Source of the DNA: Yuukianura sp. NJ FZ-2021
Lineage: Eukaryota
Assembly: GCA_046563655.1 (NCBI GenBank)
Contig: CM102285.1
Span: forward strand, 6,820,001-6,884,000
Direction of reading: 5' to 3'
DNA length: 64,000 nucleotides
Part shown: piece after piece, positions 26,796 through 40,230 of the stretch
How the letters are laid out: the number at the start of each line of letters is the position of its first letter
How positions within the stretch are numbered: position 1 is the stretch's first letter
The notes under the pieces: model-generated
Seen by the model: the letters and a program-made list of their open reading frames with translations, nothing else
What the model was told of the DNA's origin: nothing
Database searches by the model: none
Made by a program: the position numbers and the translations under genes

Positions 26796-28131
26796 CTGCA
26801 GAAGATATGTGTAAATTTATTGCAAGTTTAAGTATCATTTACTACATCTAAATCTTCCATTAAAGTCCTCAAGTAAAACGCTCAAAGCTCAAAGTTCCAG
26901 CAAGTAACGCCGTGACGTTTTAGAAAGCATAATTTTAATTAATTTTAATTAATCTAATGAAACTTTTTAATTCCTAATCACTCCTCTGCGAAATTTTGAT
27001 TCTCTATACTCTAATTCCCGAAATTCGCATGATTAAATAAAGAAGTTATGTCGGGAGACACAAAAGATTATTCTTTTGAAAATAAAAGAATACGCGTGCG
27101 TAAAATGCAAATTTCCGCTTGTTTCTGATTTGCCGGGAAGCACTCTTCCAGAATCCATACTGGTAATCAGTACAAAGTAATTTAAAAAGTATGAAAGGTT
27201 ACACGCACATAATAGTATTTTTTTTTTGTCCATCTTGCTACAATTTTTTTTCAACATCTTACGTTTTTTTTTAAAATTACAATCCATGAGGACTCGGTAG
27301 ATTATAATGACTTACATTTTTGACACCAACGTCCTTCCCTCGTGTTCCATTTTGTTGATTTGTTGTTCAGATTCAAAGTAACAATTCAACTGTAACTTGC
27401 CACTTCACGTTTTCATTGTTTTTACATTTTACAAAATTCGCACAAGAACCGTAAAAAGAGTTCCAATTTTTACTTTTTAACTCGCTTTTAACTTTATGGA
27501 ACAAGTTCACAATTACTTCTAGAAGTTCGATATTTCCAACTTTGCAGAAGCAACTGACATAAATGAGCAACAGTTTGACTTCGACATTGAGAGTGTTGAG
27601 TGTACAGATACAGATGAAAATGATATGGACATGAAGCTGGATGAGCTTTGTAATGTTGATTACTAGAAGAGTTCACTAGAAATCGACGAGGTTCACAAAA
27701 TATATAACAACTTGTGTCTGACTCAAAGCTGAATTGCGATTTTTTATTGCCTCCAGTTTACATTTTTCAATAGATCAAAGTCCAGTTTGCCACATCATCT
27801 TGATTATCAATGTTTGAACTTATGTTTGGTGAAGTTTTAGAATTGATTGGTACCGCTTTTCAACTTAGATTCACAATTTTAGTAATAATTACAAAAATTC
27901 ATTTGCATTACTTTCAGAGTCGCGTCGCAGCATTTTCCTTTGTTAGAAACAGAGTACAGATTTACACACTTTGTGTCCAAAGTTTCTGTTTTTTGAATCT
28001 AGAAATGAATACTGATAAAAATGTTTGATGACTCATGTTTTCTTGTTCACAGACAAAAAAATATTGCTGCACTTGCATGGTGGAAAAGATATAAGTAAAA
28101 ACTTGACGTGATTCACATAAACATCCTGCAC

Positions 28132-28542
28132 TAGTGCTTCAAGGTCGAACTTTAGAGTTCGAACTTCCGAACTCGAACCTGGCTGTTTTCCTAGGTTCGA
28201 AGTTCGAACTTCAGCCAAAAGAGTTCGAACCTACACGTCAATATAGGCAAATATTCAGCAATGCATGTGTATTTCTACAAAAACCGAGGCGTATTGCCAC
28301 AGAAAGTACTTGTAGTTCACTTTAAACCTATTCTTTTAAGTTAGTTTTTGAAAAAGAATTCAAATACAGGGGGAAATGTACTTCGGATGTGAATTAAATT
28401 TATTACCCTAATCATTTTTTTCACCGCCCCTTGCTTTTTACATGTAGAAAGAAGGTTCGAAAGTTCGAACTTGCTCATCAGAAAGTTCGAACTTAGGTTC
28501 GAAGTTCGAACTTTTCATTTCGGGCCCGAACTTGAAGCACTA
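28132..28542. mobile_element. hAT-like MITE
   Basis: TIR TAGTGCTTCAAG/CTTGAAGCACTA, 8-bp TSD TCCTGCAC (28124-28131 and 28543-28550), and many subterminal GTTCGAAC motifs. Confidence 0.9.
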
Positions 28543-29291
28543 TCCTGCACCAAGGACAAAGCAATAGACATGTTTAGTCTTTTTAAGTTCAAACTTCACT
28601 GCTCTTATTCAGTATAACGAAGAAACAGCAAACAAGAAGCTATTGATGCATGATAGGCTAAAAAGACTTCTGACTTTGTAAGTTGCATTGCAATGCAGGT
28701 TTCTTCTTCTAATTTTTCCATCACTCGCCTTTACTAAAACTCTAACCAGACTAGTACAAATCCAAGTGCAAGAGCAAACGCTCATTTCTTTGTGTATTGA
28801 ACAAATTCGAATGGTTAAAATCTATTAATTGTGCCCATGCTTGGGTATTTGAGTAAGTTTCTGCTGTGGTTTCTTTTGGCTTTTTTTAGATTTGGCTGGT
28901 TGAAAAACTCTCAAACAAAAATAGTTTTGTCTTGCAAAAGTGGATAGGATACGGCACTGACGAGATTTATTCAGGGCTGTTTTTTTTTCTTTTTGTAAAC
29001 TAACTTGTTTTGTGTGAGGTGAGGGCATTGGGATGCAAAATTGTGATGTCGATGAGTGTAGAGTTGCTTCTGTTTCGGTTCCAGCTAAAGATAAGTTGAG
29101 GTCAAAGAAGGTCAACTGCCTGGGTAGTATCTATCAACAAATGTGAACTAACAACGGCATAAAAGCAGAGAAAACATTTCACAGTGTTAAACTAACCCGC
29201 CATAACCCAGAATCCAAAGTGTTGCAAATTCGCTTCTAAACAACTTCATTTTGGTTTGTGTGGAAAACTTTTTAATTTTTGTAAAGGAAAA

Positions 29292-30388
29292 ATGAGCCAG
29301 AGCCGATTTCAAGTGGATTCTACAGAATCAAGTAAAAAATACACTTTGCTGGTTTTAATTTTTATCAGCTAATACTTGTTGTAGAGTTTTCAAATAATTA
29401 TGGAATTTAAAACTCACTCTTTTTTTTTTGGCAAAGGAGATGCTAACGATGGAACAATTAGTGTTGGAAGGGCATCTCATTCTCTTATGCCCGGAACAAG
29501 GTCAAGTACCACAGAAAATGTCAACATTGGGGCCAACAATGCAGTTGTTGAAAATTTGTTCCAAAACTCTCAGTTGCCGACAACGTTTAGAGTGCTGAGG
29601 AGATACTTGGAATCACTTGAGGACGATTTTGCAGACGAAATCAGGGAAGCTTTTGACCTTCCCAAACTTTGGGAGAAGTTTAAAAGTAAAAGCATAAACT
29701 AGCTTTAATTTTCGATTTCCCAGTCGTCTGACCAATGTGCTACAAATATTTTGAAAAAAGTTTGGAATGAGTTTTTTTTTAAATATTGTTTTTGTTTTTT
29801 AAATATTTTAGGTTTAGACTGGAAAATGCAAGTAGTAGTAGTCCTGGGTATTATCGCGTTGGTTGGATTAGCCGGTTGGTTAAGTTGGAGGGCAGTGTGT
29901 TATTGTAAGTCATACATTGCTACAAGTACGACTTGAAAAAATCAAATTGTAGCGAAAAGTTGGCATGGGCAGTTGATCCGTATAACAGGACACGGTTTCT
30001 ATGGATGCTTAATTTAACAAAAATCTAACTTTGTTTTATTGCAGTATATCCCAAAATAGTCCAGTTTTTTTCGACAGACGAAGGGAAGGCTATGATGACC
30101 AACATCGGCACAATTCTGGAAGGCTTGAGAGTTTTGGCTGTTGATTTCGGAGTTATCCTGTGTGGAGCTGCCGAATCCGTCGTTGGACAAGTGAATGCTG
30201 AGCCTGGTATGGTTGTCAATGATGCCCAAGTGGACGACGACAGACTCCACGCAACGGCAGAGTCACTTCAACATGTCGCTTCACCTTCGGCTCAGTCTTC
30301 TCCTGAAGCGCGTCAAGCTGTCATGCAATTCATACAAGCCTTTTTCCGCTGGTACACTAGTTCGTTAATAAATTCAGTGTCCAACTGA
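29292..30388 (+). CDS. Small uncharacterised 4-exon protein with one predicted TM helix
   Basis: Phase-compatible exons at approximately 29292-29331, 29438-29686, 29812-29904 and 30044-30388. The TM-like stretch is MQVVVVLGIIALVGLAGWLSW, and AATAAA lies at ~30512. Confidence 0.55.
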
Positions 30389-30961
30389 ATTCATTTCATC
30401 AAGATCCCGTGTTCTTAAAGTTCAGCTAGCTTGCCTTCTCCTTCATTCATAGAATTTACTCACCATATTTGATTATGCAAGCATGCACTCGAAACAAACT
30501 ACAAATGCTCAAATAAAATTTAGACTTGAAAAGATTTTTTAAGGTGCATAACCACAATTTATACTGACCAAAATGTCTCGATTGTTTAAGAAAAACTTGT
30601 CTGAGGTTTTAACCAACAAGGAACGTTTGAAATTCTAAGAAGCACAAGATTGTGAAAATATTTTTATGCCTTCACTAAATTACCAAATTGGATACCCTTG
30701 CATTCATTCGGAAGACTCCTTAACTTGTTTTTATATAACCCTCAAATTCAACAACCTCGTAATTACTAGTGCTGCGTTGACTGGTTACAGTTAGGTGGCT
30801 ACAAATTAAAAAACGATGATTGCAAGTAGAATGGCGATAGCGGTTACAAGGCTTTCAATTTAGCCTTAAACCAACCCAAGCTTTGTGGAGATCTGCTAAA
30901 GGTGACTGCGAACCTCCCTCAACCCCAAACATTCGGAGGAGCGCATTCAATCTACCCTAAT

Positions 30962-31360
30962 CAGTGTTGCTGGATGCTTAAACGTCCAGTGGCTTAATTG
31001 CCACTTCCACTGGATATCCAGTGGAAGAAATGGGGTCCTACTGGACGGTGGATGGATGAAATCAGCTGAGCTTAAAAACTCTGCGCGGATTTCAAATAAA
31101 TTTAAATTAAATATTATGAAATAGGTTAATTAAGTATTTAAACCACTTTTGTTTGATTGGTTTCGTTATTTAGAAATTAATTTAGCGCTATTCGGGGTAA
31201 TTTTGTAGTGTTTTTAATTTGTTTCCACCCTATTTTATCAAAATATTCGTACTCCGCGGGCAAAGCTCCGCCCCTTTGGATTCATCCATTTCGTCCATTT
31301 CTTCCACTGGATATCCAGCCGTGGATGAAATGTCGAAAAAGTGGATATCCAGCAACACTG
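30962..31360. mobile_element. hAT-like MITE
   Basis: TIR CAGTGTTGCTGGAT/ATCCAGCAACACTG and 8-bp TSD ACCCTAAT (30954-30961 and 31361-31368). Confidence 0.9.
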
Positions 31361-31762
31361 ACCCTAATACACTAGTCGATTGCGGTTAATTACGTGATAA
31401 CGATTAAGTTTGGTTTCATAAAACGTTTCAGTCCAATTGCTATCGTATTCTTAAAATGTTCGATGATGTAAGTCGTCGTTTAGTCTGGAATCTAGAAAAA
31501 TAATAGTCCGAAATAATGTCAGGGCTGACATTAGAAATGTTACGAGACGAAGTGTGTGAGGTGTGTTTTTGTCGTACAACCACCTTTTGTTCATTTAGCA
31601 CAAAAACAGAGTTTGTAATTCAGCATACACCCACCAACCAGCGCCAAGGAAGAAGCAGTAACATTCAGATTCGATTCAACAGAGAGAAGGTCAGGTCCAA
31701 GGTTAGTAATCAATTATGAGAGTCTGTAAATCATTAAATTACACGGTTAATCAATTGACAGG

Positions 31763-33109
31763 ATGGCTGATACCCAGGGTACACGAGCCACTGCTACAGC
31801 TGTGAATTCGGATGGTACGGAAACCTGCGGCGATGACATTCTTTATAAACCGGGAGACATCATACAAGAATTTAGCCCCCCATTCGTGAAAGTATTGACT
31901 GAATCAGTGAAAGGTAATAGCTTTTGTAAAAATATATCCCTAGATTAGTATCTCGCCTTTGATATGGACTGCTCCGTTACTTGTCTGGCTTAGATTTACT
32001 ACCAGTAGCACACTCTCTTGAATTGTTTACGGCCACGATAATCTCTGACTATCGAAATAGGTTTCTACTGTGACTTCTGCTTCAAGGAATCTGATTCGCT
32101 TCGCCGCTGCGCGGGATGCTCACTTACGTACTACTGCGATCGCAAGTGCCAGCGGAAGGACGGGGCACTTGCTCATAAAATCGAATGCAAATCTTTGTGC
32201 TTCAAGACGTATATACCAATTGCTCATCATTTGGAGGCACCAGATTTGAACAGAGATTTTCGACATAAAGTGTTTCGCCTGTATGCTCTTTTGAAGCTTC
32301 ACCCCGCTTCAGCACTTGAACAGTAGAAGATGTACGATGGTACCAGTCGCGCCTTCAATGATCTGATTTGGCACGAAGACAAGCTCCTTCATGACAAGTC
32401 GTACAACTCGGTTCTAAGTTTAATGGCAAATCTGATGGAGAACGAGCCACTCTCGCCTCCGCCACCACCGGGGAATTTGTATTATCTTTTCCGACTGGCA
32501 GGAATTTGGAAAACGAATTCCACTGCAATGCTGAACGAAGCTCGTACAAGAGTAATTGGGACTGGAATTTACATCCAAGGCTCCTACTTTGACCACGGTT
32601 GTCGCCCCACCGCCATTAGTATGGGTAAGGGCATCGACATGGAAGTGAGAGCCATTTATACAATTAAAAGGGGACAGAAGCCGGTGGTTAGCTACTTGGC
32701 AGGTCATCGGCGTCAAACCGAAAGGGCAAAAGTGCTGAAATTGCGCTACGACTTCGATTGTAATTGCGACCTTTGCCAAGAAGAGTGCAAATTTGGAGAT
32801 GCCATGGACTACGAACTACTCAAATCATTAAAGGAGACTCCGCCATTAGTCAACTGGACAACAATTTTGAAGGGAGGTCAGGAAGAGGTTAAGCAGATGC
32901 GGAAGTGTTACGTGGAGTACGACGAACGAATTTCCAACAAGTTGCTCGTTTTGGTTAAGGAAGTCGCTAGCCTATGTGCTCCGAAAATGATTCTACGGGA
33001 TTTGGCCAACGAGACTGAGAGACACTTGAGAATTACGTTTGGATCTGATTGTGATGATTTATTGGAGCTGAATGATCTCCGACGTATGTACGGAATTCCT
33101 CGGACATAG
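31763..33109 (+). pseudogene. SMYD-family (SET and MYND) lysine methyltransferase with one in-frame TAG
   Basis: Exon 1 is 31763-31913 and exon 2 starts at 32061. The MYND finger reads YCDFCFKESDSLRRCAGCSLTYYCDRKCQRKDGALAHKIEC, the SET motif GSYFDHGCRP, and the post-SET motif YDFDCNCDLC. The TAG is at 32324-32326. Confidence 0.8.
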
Positions 33110-33834
33110 AAATCTCTTTTACTTCGACACTAAAAGTGTTTTCTATTCTTTTTTTAAGCCTGATTCTTTAATTATGTTTAATTTTTAAGTTTTTGTTTAC
33201 AAATTACAGTCAGGCTAGGCTTTTTTCTTACTTCAATAAACCTTGACTAACATATTGCAAAACTAATACTGCTCATTCGTTAGCTGTGAATGGGTAATAC
33301 TGAAGCTTAGTGTGTACTGGAAGCTTTAAATACTCTCAGCAAAACGAAAGTATTTGTATTCATAAGATTAACGTATAACGTTGAATGTACGTTACTGCGT
33401 ATTGTAGTAGTTCCTTGGTATGTTGGTCGCTGTCTTGTCGTGGCACTTGCTTTGGCCCAAAAATTTTCAAGTAGTAGGAACAATGAGCTGCGTTTGTGGT
33501 AAGGCTGTGTATTTATTTTCTATTTTACTATTGATTACCTCAATATTTTTTTTAAATTCTTTATCTCTCTTGTTTGTTAACGCCTGAGGATCCGTCACTT
33601 TTAGACGGCTTGCGAGCCTAGGCAGGGAGAATCGTCCCTGAGATAAAGATGGCTGTGCGAACCTACACGGGGATGATCGTCCCTTTGAGCCTTTTGCTCA
33701 CTCTCTTCGCTCGGTGAAGTTTCCCGCCTAAAATTGGGGGCGCGAGCTTGATTTTACGCGTAACTACGCGAAATTACGCAAAGTTTGAGGTAGTGAGGCA
33801 AAGGCGACACTTCAACCGCCAGCTGGTGGAGGAT

Positions 33835-33891
33835 GGACCTATGTAGGTCCAACCATACGCATGAGGTTGGACCTACGTAGGTCCAACCTCA
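33835..33891. repeat. Tandem palindromes
   Basis: GGACCTATGTAGGTCC (33835-33850) is followed by the perfect 30-bp palindrome TGAGGTTGGACCTACGTAGGTCCAACCTCA (33862-33891). Confidence 0.8.
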
Positions 33892-35518
33892 CGCATATTT
33901 CGTACGGTGTATATCCCACATCCTAAATCAGCCACACCCCTTTTGGCAGTCGGTGGCTAATGTTTTTTTTGTTTGTTTTGAACAAGAAGAAGAAGTGGTT
34001 TTTTTGGTAATCGCAATCCTCTATGTGTCCGGGGTCGGACTAAAGGTCGGATTTCTGACTCCTCTGATTTCTTTGAGAGGGTGCACACACACTGAGACTG
34101 AGTTGCTATATCCATCTTATTAGTTCGAGCGCCGCCCTAAGGGCGGCGCTACGGATTGCTTAGTTCCTCAAGGACACCAACCAATTTCGAAGCTGGCCGC
34201 GGTGTTGGTTTAGGACGACGTTCATTTTACAAATTCGTGAATTTGCATTTCGCGACAATTCTCAAATCGCGTAAGACACATCGCGTGAAAATTTTAAATC
34301 GCGTAAATTCGTCATTCGCGACGAAAAATCGTTAATTCGAAAAAATAACAATTTGCGGAAAATCGCAATTCGCAAAGATTTGAGATATGACAACAATCAC
34401 ACCTACAGGGTATAGGGTAGCAGGGAATCAAAACCCGGCGTCCTGCTGCCATTTTGAATGTCATTCTTTCAACATGGCACCTAACCGCGCGCGCACCTAA
34501 ATGGCGCGAGCCGCGAATTTTGAAAAATGACGTCTTTAGCCAGTAGAATTTCACGGTTCGCGCCGAGAAACATAGATCTGGTGTGCACCTGCTGTGGTTT
34601 TCACGGTGAGAAAACGCGGTGTCTGTTTCACGCATGTTCTGCGCTATTTCGCAAAATTTCACGGCGCGACTGGCGAGAACTGTAAGATTGACGAAAATAC
34701 AATTCGGCGACGTAAAATTCTTCGGAGTACTCGATATTGTATGCGATTTTAGTTCGGGCAACTAAAGACGTCGTTTTATCTATATCGCGGCACTCGCCGT
34801 GAAATTTTAAGTGGTATTCAAAATGGCGGCGTTACGTCTGAATTGGAACTCTCAACAACCCGATACTCTCATCTCCGCGATTTTGTGAAAAATCGCGAAT
34901 TTTCGCGTATGGCGAAAATTTCACGTCGCCGAAAACCAACATGGCGGCCATCGTCCATTGTTTTGTGCGAATACTTCCAATTTTCCTGTAGTATCTCATC
35001 GCCGAAAGTAAATATTAGCATTCCATGACTTTCCCCGTTTTACTCTGGAATAAACTGGCCTTTACCGCCAGAAAAAACGCGGGAAAATTCAAAAAAATTT
35101 CGAAATTTTTTTTTTTGAAATATTTCGCAAAATACGAAAAAATAGGTTCTGGTTGTAGTTTTGGGGATTCAAATTAGTTTTTTCTAAAAATCAGCGATTT
35201 TTATTCAGCGCGAAAAAAAGCCAGTGGCGATCGTCCCTTCGTAGGAAAGTCATGCATTAAGTGTTTAAAAGGAACCACGAACCACAGGAAGCCTGGATAC
35301 GCCGAAGGAAGTCATTACATCCGTGATTGAACCCTACATTTTCAACAGAATTGGGGTAGTCATACTGATATTTCCATTACCACGATTACAATACAAATCC
35401 ATTTTAAAACAGACTATTGACTCGAGTAGTTAATTTTAAAATATTTCCCTTTTTAGCAAAGTTGGTGGATGAAAGCCTGAAGTGATGAGTACCCCCTTAA
35501 TTTGCGACATTTTTCAAC

Positions 35519-38500
35519 ATGGACAGTGAAATTTCCAGTATCGATTTGGTGGAAGAAGAAGTTCCAGTAGAAGTAGAACAAGCACAAGGTTCATTTACGT
35601 TCGTTCATCTTTCACCTGCCTCGCTGTACGGGTCAGATAGATCATCCCGCGCGTCTTCCGAACACAGTACTACTGGAGGAAATGGATGCGAAGTCAAATC
35701 ACCCCAGATCACGACAACTCTGCTTAGTCCCGGACAACAAGAGCATTTTTCGCGAAAAGGAAATCGCCAACAAGAAGAGAAAAGGTCAAAGGCCAAAGCT
35801 ATGTCAACCGGTGACGATGTCGGGGAACGAAGTTTCTATCCGCGAGTCATCGGAGCCACAAAGAAGGTGACTCCGGACGTGGGCTCTCCATCTTTGGGAT
35901 CATCCGAAGGTTCGTGTTGGTTTAAACTATTTTTTTATATTTTGAAAATGCCGCCGACCGATTCGGGGAAGCGGTGCCCTCTGCGCTCGTAAAATTACCC
36001 AATGAAGGTCCGAATTCTGTGAATTTAAATGGAAAAGTGCTGAGAAATGCAGAATATGATCCCTGGATGTGGGCGTTTTCAATTGCAAAGGTCATAAGCA
36101 AAGCTCTCTGTTCCCAGGTCAATTGGATAACTAGAAATTAAAATTCAGAGCAATCAGACGTTTAGTCAGTCCTGTATCTATTCGGTATAAATCTAGCCAA
36201 ATGCAATTTTTAGGCATGAAATGCCTAAACTCAAATTGATCTCTGAAGAAAGAATTACCCATGAGAGAGCGGAGGCAAAAAGATTTCACTTTTAGTTTAT
36301 TAAGTAGCGAAGCTACTTTCTGCATCGACATGGTCTGTCTGTCTGTCCGGCCGTACGCGGCAATTATCTCGGAAATGGGTCAGCATTTCCGGGATCTGTT
36401 TTCACACGTGGGCACCTAGAGACCCGGTGATGTTCACTATTGAATATCATCGGGGTAGGTCAACTCCTTACGGGTCAAACGTCAAGGTCAACCGGTTTAA
36501 TCCCCAGAAACATTTCATCCCCTCTACAAAAGTTGTTCGTCTCATCGAGACCAACAACTTTTGTGTACATCACATGACCCCAAATGACCTCCATCCGGGT
36601 CGAAGGTCAACATCTTTCCTTTCAACATCCTGCTATGGGGGAGAGGAACACTCCGCCTGGGTGAAAAGTGGGGGGACCCACCCCCACTTCCCCCGGGGGG
36701 AGGGGGAGGTGGGAGGAACCACACCCATTCCTCCGGGGGGGGGGCGGGAAAGTGGGGAAACCAACCTCCCTCCCTAGAGGGGTGGGGCGGGATAGTCGGG
36801 GAGCCCACCCCCACAGGGTGAGGCCATTCTTCGCTACTTAAGTACACCGGTTTACAACCGTTTATTTTGATTTTTCATCTCTGTTTTTAGTGTAGGCGGT
36901 GGGCTGAGCTCATCCTTCTTTGGTAAGAATGTGGGTGATCAGATCAACACTTTTGAATCTGACTAGGACAAATCTTTAGTCTGTTTTTGGTGTCAGCTCG
37001 ACTCGAGGTGTGGCTCAAATCGATGAATTTGTGAATATTAACTGGTAGTTTTGTTGTTAATTTGTAGGAACTGGGCCGATAATAATCGTTGAACCGGAGA
37101 GTGACGAAGAACGAGATCAAGACGACGAGGGAGAAGGAAAAGTGATTGACTTACCAATCGAAGTCATTTCTGTTCGAACTCTATCTCGGTCACCAAGTCC
37201 CGGGAGTGATTTCGGAAATACAGTGAATGAGATGACCTCTCCACGGCCGGTCACCCCTAAAAATGACGAGTCGTTTTGGGATAAGATTGGAACCCTTGGA
37301 AGAAAAAGAAAATTAAAGAAGGTAATTTTCTGTGTTCATAACTTCGTACATTAACTTCTGCATTTAGCGCTTGACGGAACTGGTTGATGATTGATATATT
37401 TATTTTGCAGTCCAAGAATTCGAGGAGGAAGGCAAGAATGCAATAGAATCACCCGGAAGTCGCATGGCATTTGATATTTCGCCAGAAGATTACGATCTGG
37501 GTACGTACTATTTTCATAAGGATAAGGAACCATAAGTAGTAAATTGTAAATTGTAAATTCTGTTATGCTTCTCTTAGCTGAGGGAGAGGAACGTTCATTG
37601 ATTGAAAGACGAAGTTATTCTGACCCTAAGTTGCAGCAACTGATTGGACTGCTCATTGATTGGATTAACGACGAATTGGCAGACCAGAGGATTATTGTCA
37701 AAAGCATTGAAGATGATCTTTACGATGGACAAATATTGCAAAAATTGCTTGGTAAGTTGAATTTATTTTTTGCGAAGAGTGTGCGAAAGCCACGAGAATT
37801 TAATTTTACCTTATTTGATTATAGAGAAACTGAATGGAAGCAAATTGGAAGTGCCGGAAGTTTCGCAATCAGCTGAAGGGCAACGGCACAAGTTAGAAGT
37901 GGTTTCAATTGCAGCAACTTTGGCAATGGGACTTCCTAGATGGACAGTGCAGAAGTGGAGCGTCGACGCTATTCATTCTAAGAGCTTGGTGTCCATTCTA
38001 TATCTATTAGTAGCTCTGGCCAGACACTTTCGAGCACCACTTCGGCTTCCGGAGAATGTGAATGTTGAAACAGTCGTCGTCACGGTAACACATTCAGTTA
38101 ACATTAATCGCTTAAAATTCTGTCTCTACTCATACATTGTGACGTTGTCTCATTGCAGAAAAAGAATGGAAAATTGGAGTACAGGCGGGTGACGGAGGAG
38201 ATCACCTCTACATATGACGAATTCGGCATGCGATGTGAAAGAGATGCGTTCGATACGCTGTTGGACCATGCGCCGGACAAACTCCAAGTGGTGAAGCGGG
38301 TTAGTACACATAAAAATAGCAATTAGTATTTCCCCATTCCCCTAGGATTAAAAATAATATCAATATCTCACAGCGGTGAAGTTTCGGAATCGGGGAGTGA
38401 CCCAGATTTCCACGCCATGTTTGCTACTAGGCTAATTCCAGAGCGCTGAAATTGATTGAAAGAATTTTTCTCCGGGAATGAACGGAAGTTTTTTTTTTTT

Positions 38501-39272
38501 TGAATTTTCAAAATTGAAATTTCGTCTTAAGGGCACATGTTAACTTTGTCTGAAAATAAGGTTTTTGCTTCTATTTTGCCTGCGTAGGCTAGGTTTGTTA
38601 AAGCGTTTAACAATGTTTTTATAACGTTTAGGGTAGGTTTGGCTAGGTTCCGAAAAATGTGATTTTTTTTTATACCTAACTTGTGTCCTGATGGGAAAAT
38701 TTCAATGTTCAAAATTAAAAAAAAATACTTCCCTTCTTTTCCGGGAAAAAATTATTTCATAATCGTTTTCAGCAACATCGAATTAGTCTAGGAACAAACA
38801 CGGCATTGGAATCCGGACCACTCCCCGATTCCGAAATTTTTCCTCACTCTTCATTTCTCACAGAGTTTAGTTGCTTTCGTGAACAAGCATCTGAACAAGA
38901 TCAATTTGGAAGTCACCGACTTCGATAGTCAATTTCAAGACGGAGTCTATATGTGTCTACTGATGGGTTTGCTCGAAGGTTACTTTGTACCACTGGCGGA
39001 GTTTCATCTCACGCCAAGGGATTTCGAGCAGAAAGTTTTCAATGTCGCCTTTGCCTTCGAACTTATGGAAGACGCAGGAATCAGCAAACCCAAAGCACGT
39101 CCTGAAGGTAACAACGTTTTGTTGGATTTAAGTTTCGTAACGCTAATTCGAAAGGAATTCGTAACGCTAATGAATTAATGGTTAATGGTTTGCAGATATT
39201 GTCAACGGTGATTTAAAGTCAACGTTACGGGTGTTGTACAATTTGTTTGCGAAGTATCGTCACATTGGATAG
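35519..39272 (+). CDS. parvin: Parvin (two calponin-homology domains, IPP complex)
   Basis: Exons at approximately 35519-35909, 37068-37321, 37411-37501, 37578-37751, 37826-38084, 38159-38299, 38864-39107 and 39196-39272. Motifs include ESFWDKIGTLGRKRK, LIDWINDELADQRIIVKSIEDDLYDGQILQKL, RDAFDTLLDHAPDKL, FQDGVYMCLLMGLLEGYFVPL and DIVNGDLKSTLRVLYNLFAKY. Confidence 0.95.
36300..36841. mobile_element. DINE-1/HINE-like non-autonomous element in parvin intron 1
   Basis: Inverted motifs TTAAGTAGCGAAG (36300) and CTTCGCTACTTAA (36829), with a (CTGT)n microsatellite at ~36335 and a G/C-run-rich core. Confidence 0.6.
38378..38840. mobile_element. Intronic MITE/fold-back element in parvin
   Basis: TTTCGGAATCGGGGAGTG...TAGGCTAATTC at the left is mirrored by GAATTAGTCTA...CACTCCCCGATTCCGAAA at the right. 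Confidence 0.75.
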
Positions 39273-39331
39273 ACCGAGGTAGTGGATCTAACTTCAGTAT
39301 TGTTTTGTAACGATTAGAGCTATGGATCTTA

Positions 39332-40230
39332 CAAGTTTAACCACCCAACGGAATACTAACGTTGATTTATGACTAAAACTGATTAACCCGGTATGAAGAT
39401 ATACTCCAGCAGGAGTCCTGCAGACATCCCACTTTTACGGAGATAGTATTACACTTGTTGCGTTACGCCAAGCCTGTTTTCTTAAATTAAATTGAAATTA
39501 TATCAAAAACTAACAGCTTAAAAAATAAAATGACAAAAATAATAATTTAATAATTTCTATGGAGTTTTTGTGTGAAGTGGACCTCTGAGATTATTGTTAT
39601 TTCTCTTTCCTCGGTTTAATGATAAAAAAGTCCTTCATATAAATTCAATACAGTTTTGTTGATAAGGTAAAGGCTGAAAGATGCAGACTTACTAAAATAT
39701 ACTAGACGGAACCCGTGATGCTTACGCATCACTAAATAACTTGAAGCACTAGGTCATACTCGGGTCAAACGAAAAAGCTAGTGGATTTTTGACATGAAGG
39801 AAGGATAATTTTGAACGTTTTGTCAAAAATCCTCTAGCTTTTTCGTTTGACCCGAGTATGACCTAGTGCTTCAAGTTATTTAGTGATGCGTAAGCATCAC
39901 GGGTTCCGTCTAGTTGAATCAAAAACATATTATTGTGGAGGCTGGGGGCAAGCCCCCCAGACCCCCCCCCCCTGAATTTGAGTTGGAATTTCTGAAAGTC
40001 TGTGCTTGGAGAAGTAATGTAAAAAGGGACACCCCAGGATCGTGCCACTCTTCCACACAGAGAGTTTTTTGCACATATAGTTTGCATTGCCATGCTATTA
40101 ACGTTGTGACCAAGCAAGCAACACTCGTCAATTAGAGTATGATGGTGGTGAACACTGAACATTAGAGCTTTTAGGTTAAGTTGGGGTGTAAACTGGAATT
40201 CCATTCGTTGTAACCGCCGCCAATACATGC
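39332..40230 (+). repeat. Intergenic segment duplicated at ~47904-49360
   Basis: Shared blocks include CAAGTTTAACCACCCAACGGAATACTAACG, AAGTGGACCTCTGAGATTATTGT, AGACTTACTAAAATATA and TTGGGGTGTAAACTGG. Confidence 0.85.
39701..39914. mobile_element. 214-bp palindrome made of two Helitron-like 3' ends
   Basis: The arms are 94 bp (39701-39794 and 39821-39914) with one mismatch. Each outer end has the hairpin GTGATGCGTAAGCATCAC, a 9-nt gap, then CTAG|T. Confidence 0.75.

Noticed and set aside
36427..36847. Pro/Gly-rich ORFs in parvin intron 1
   Set aside because: They derive from the G/C runs of a non-autonomous repeat.
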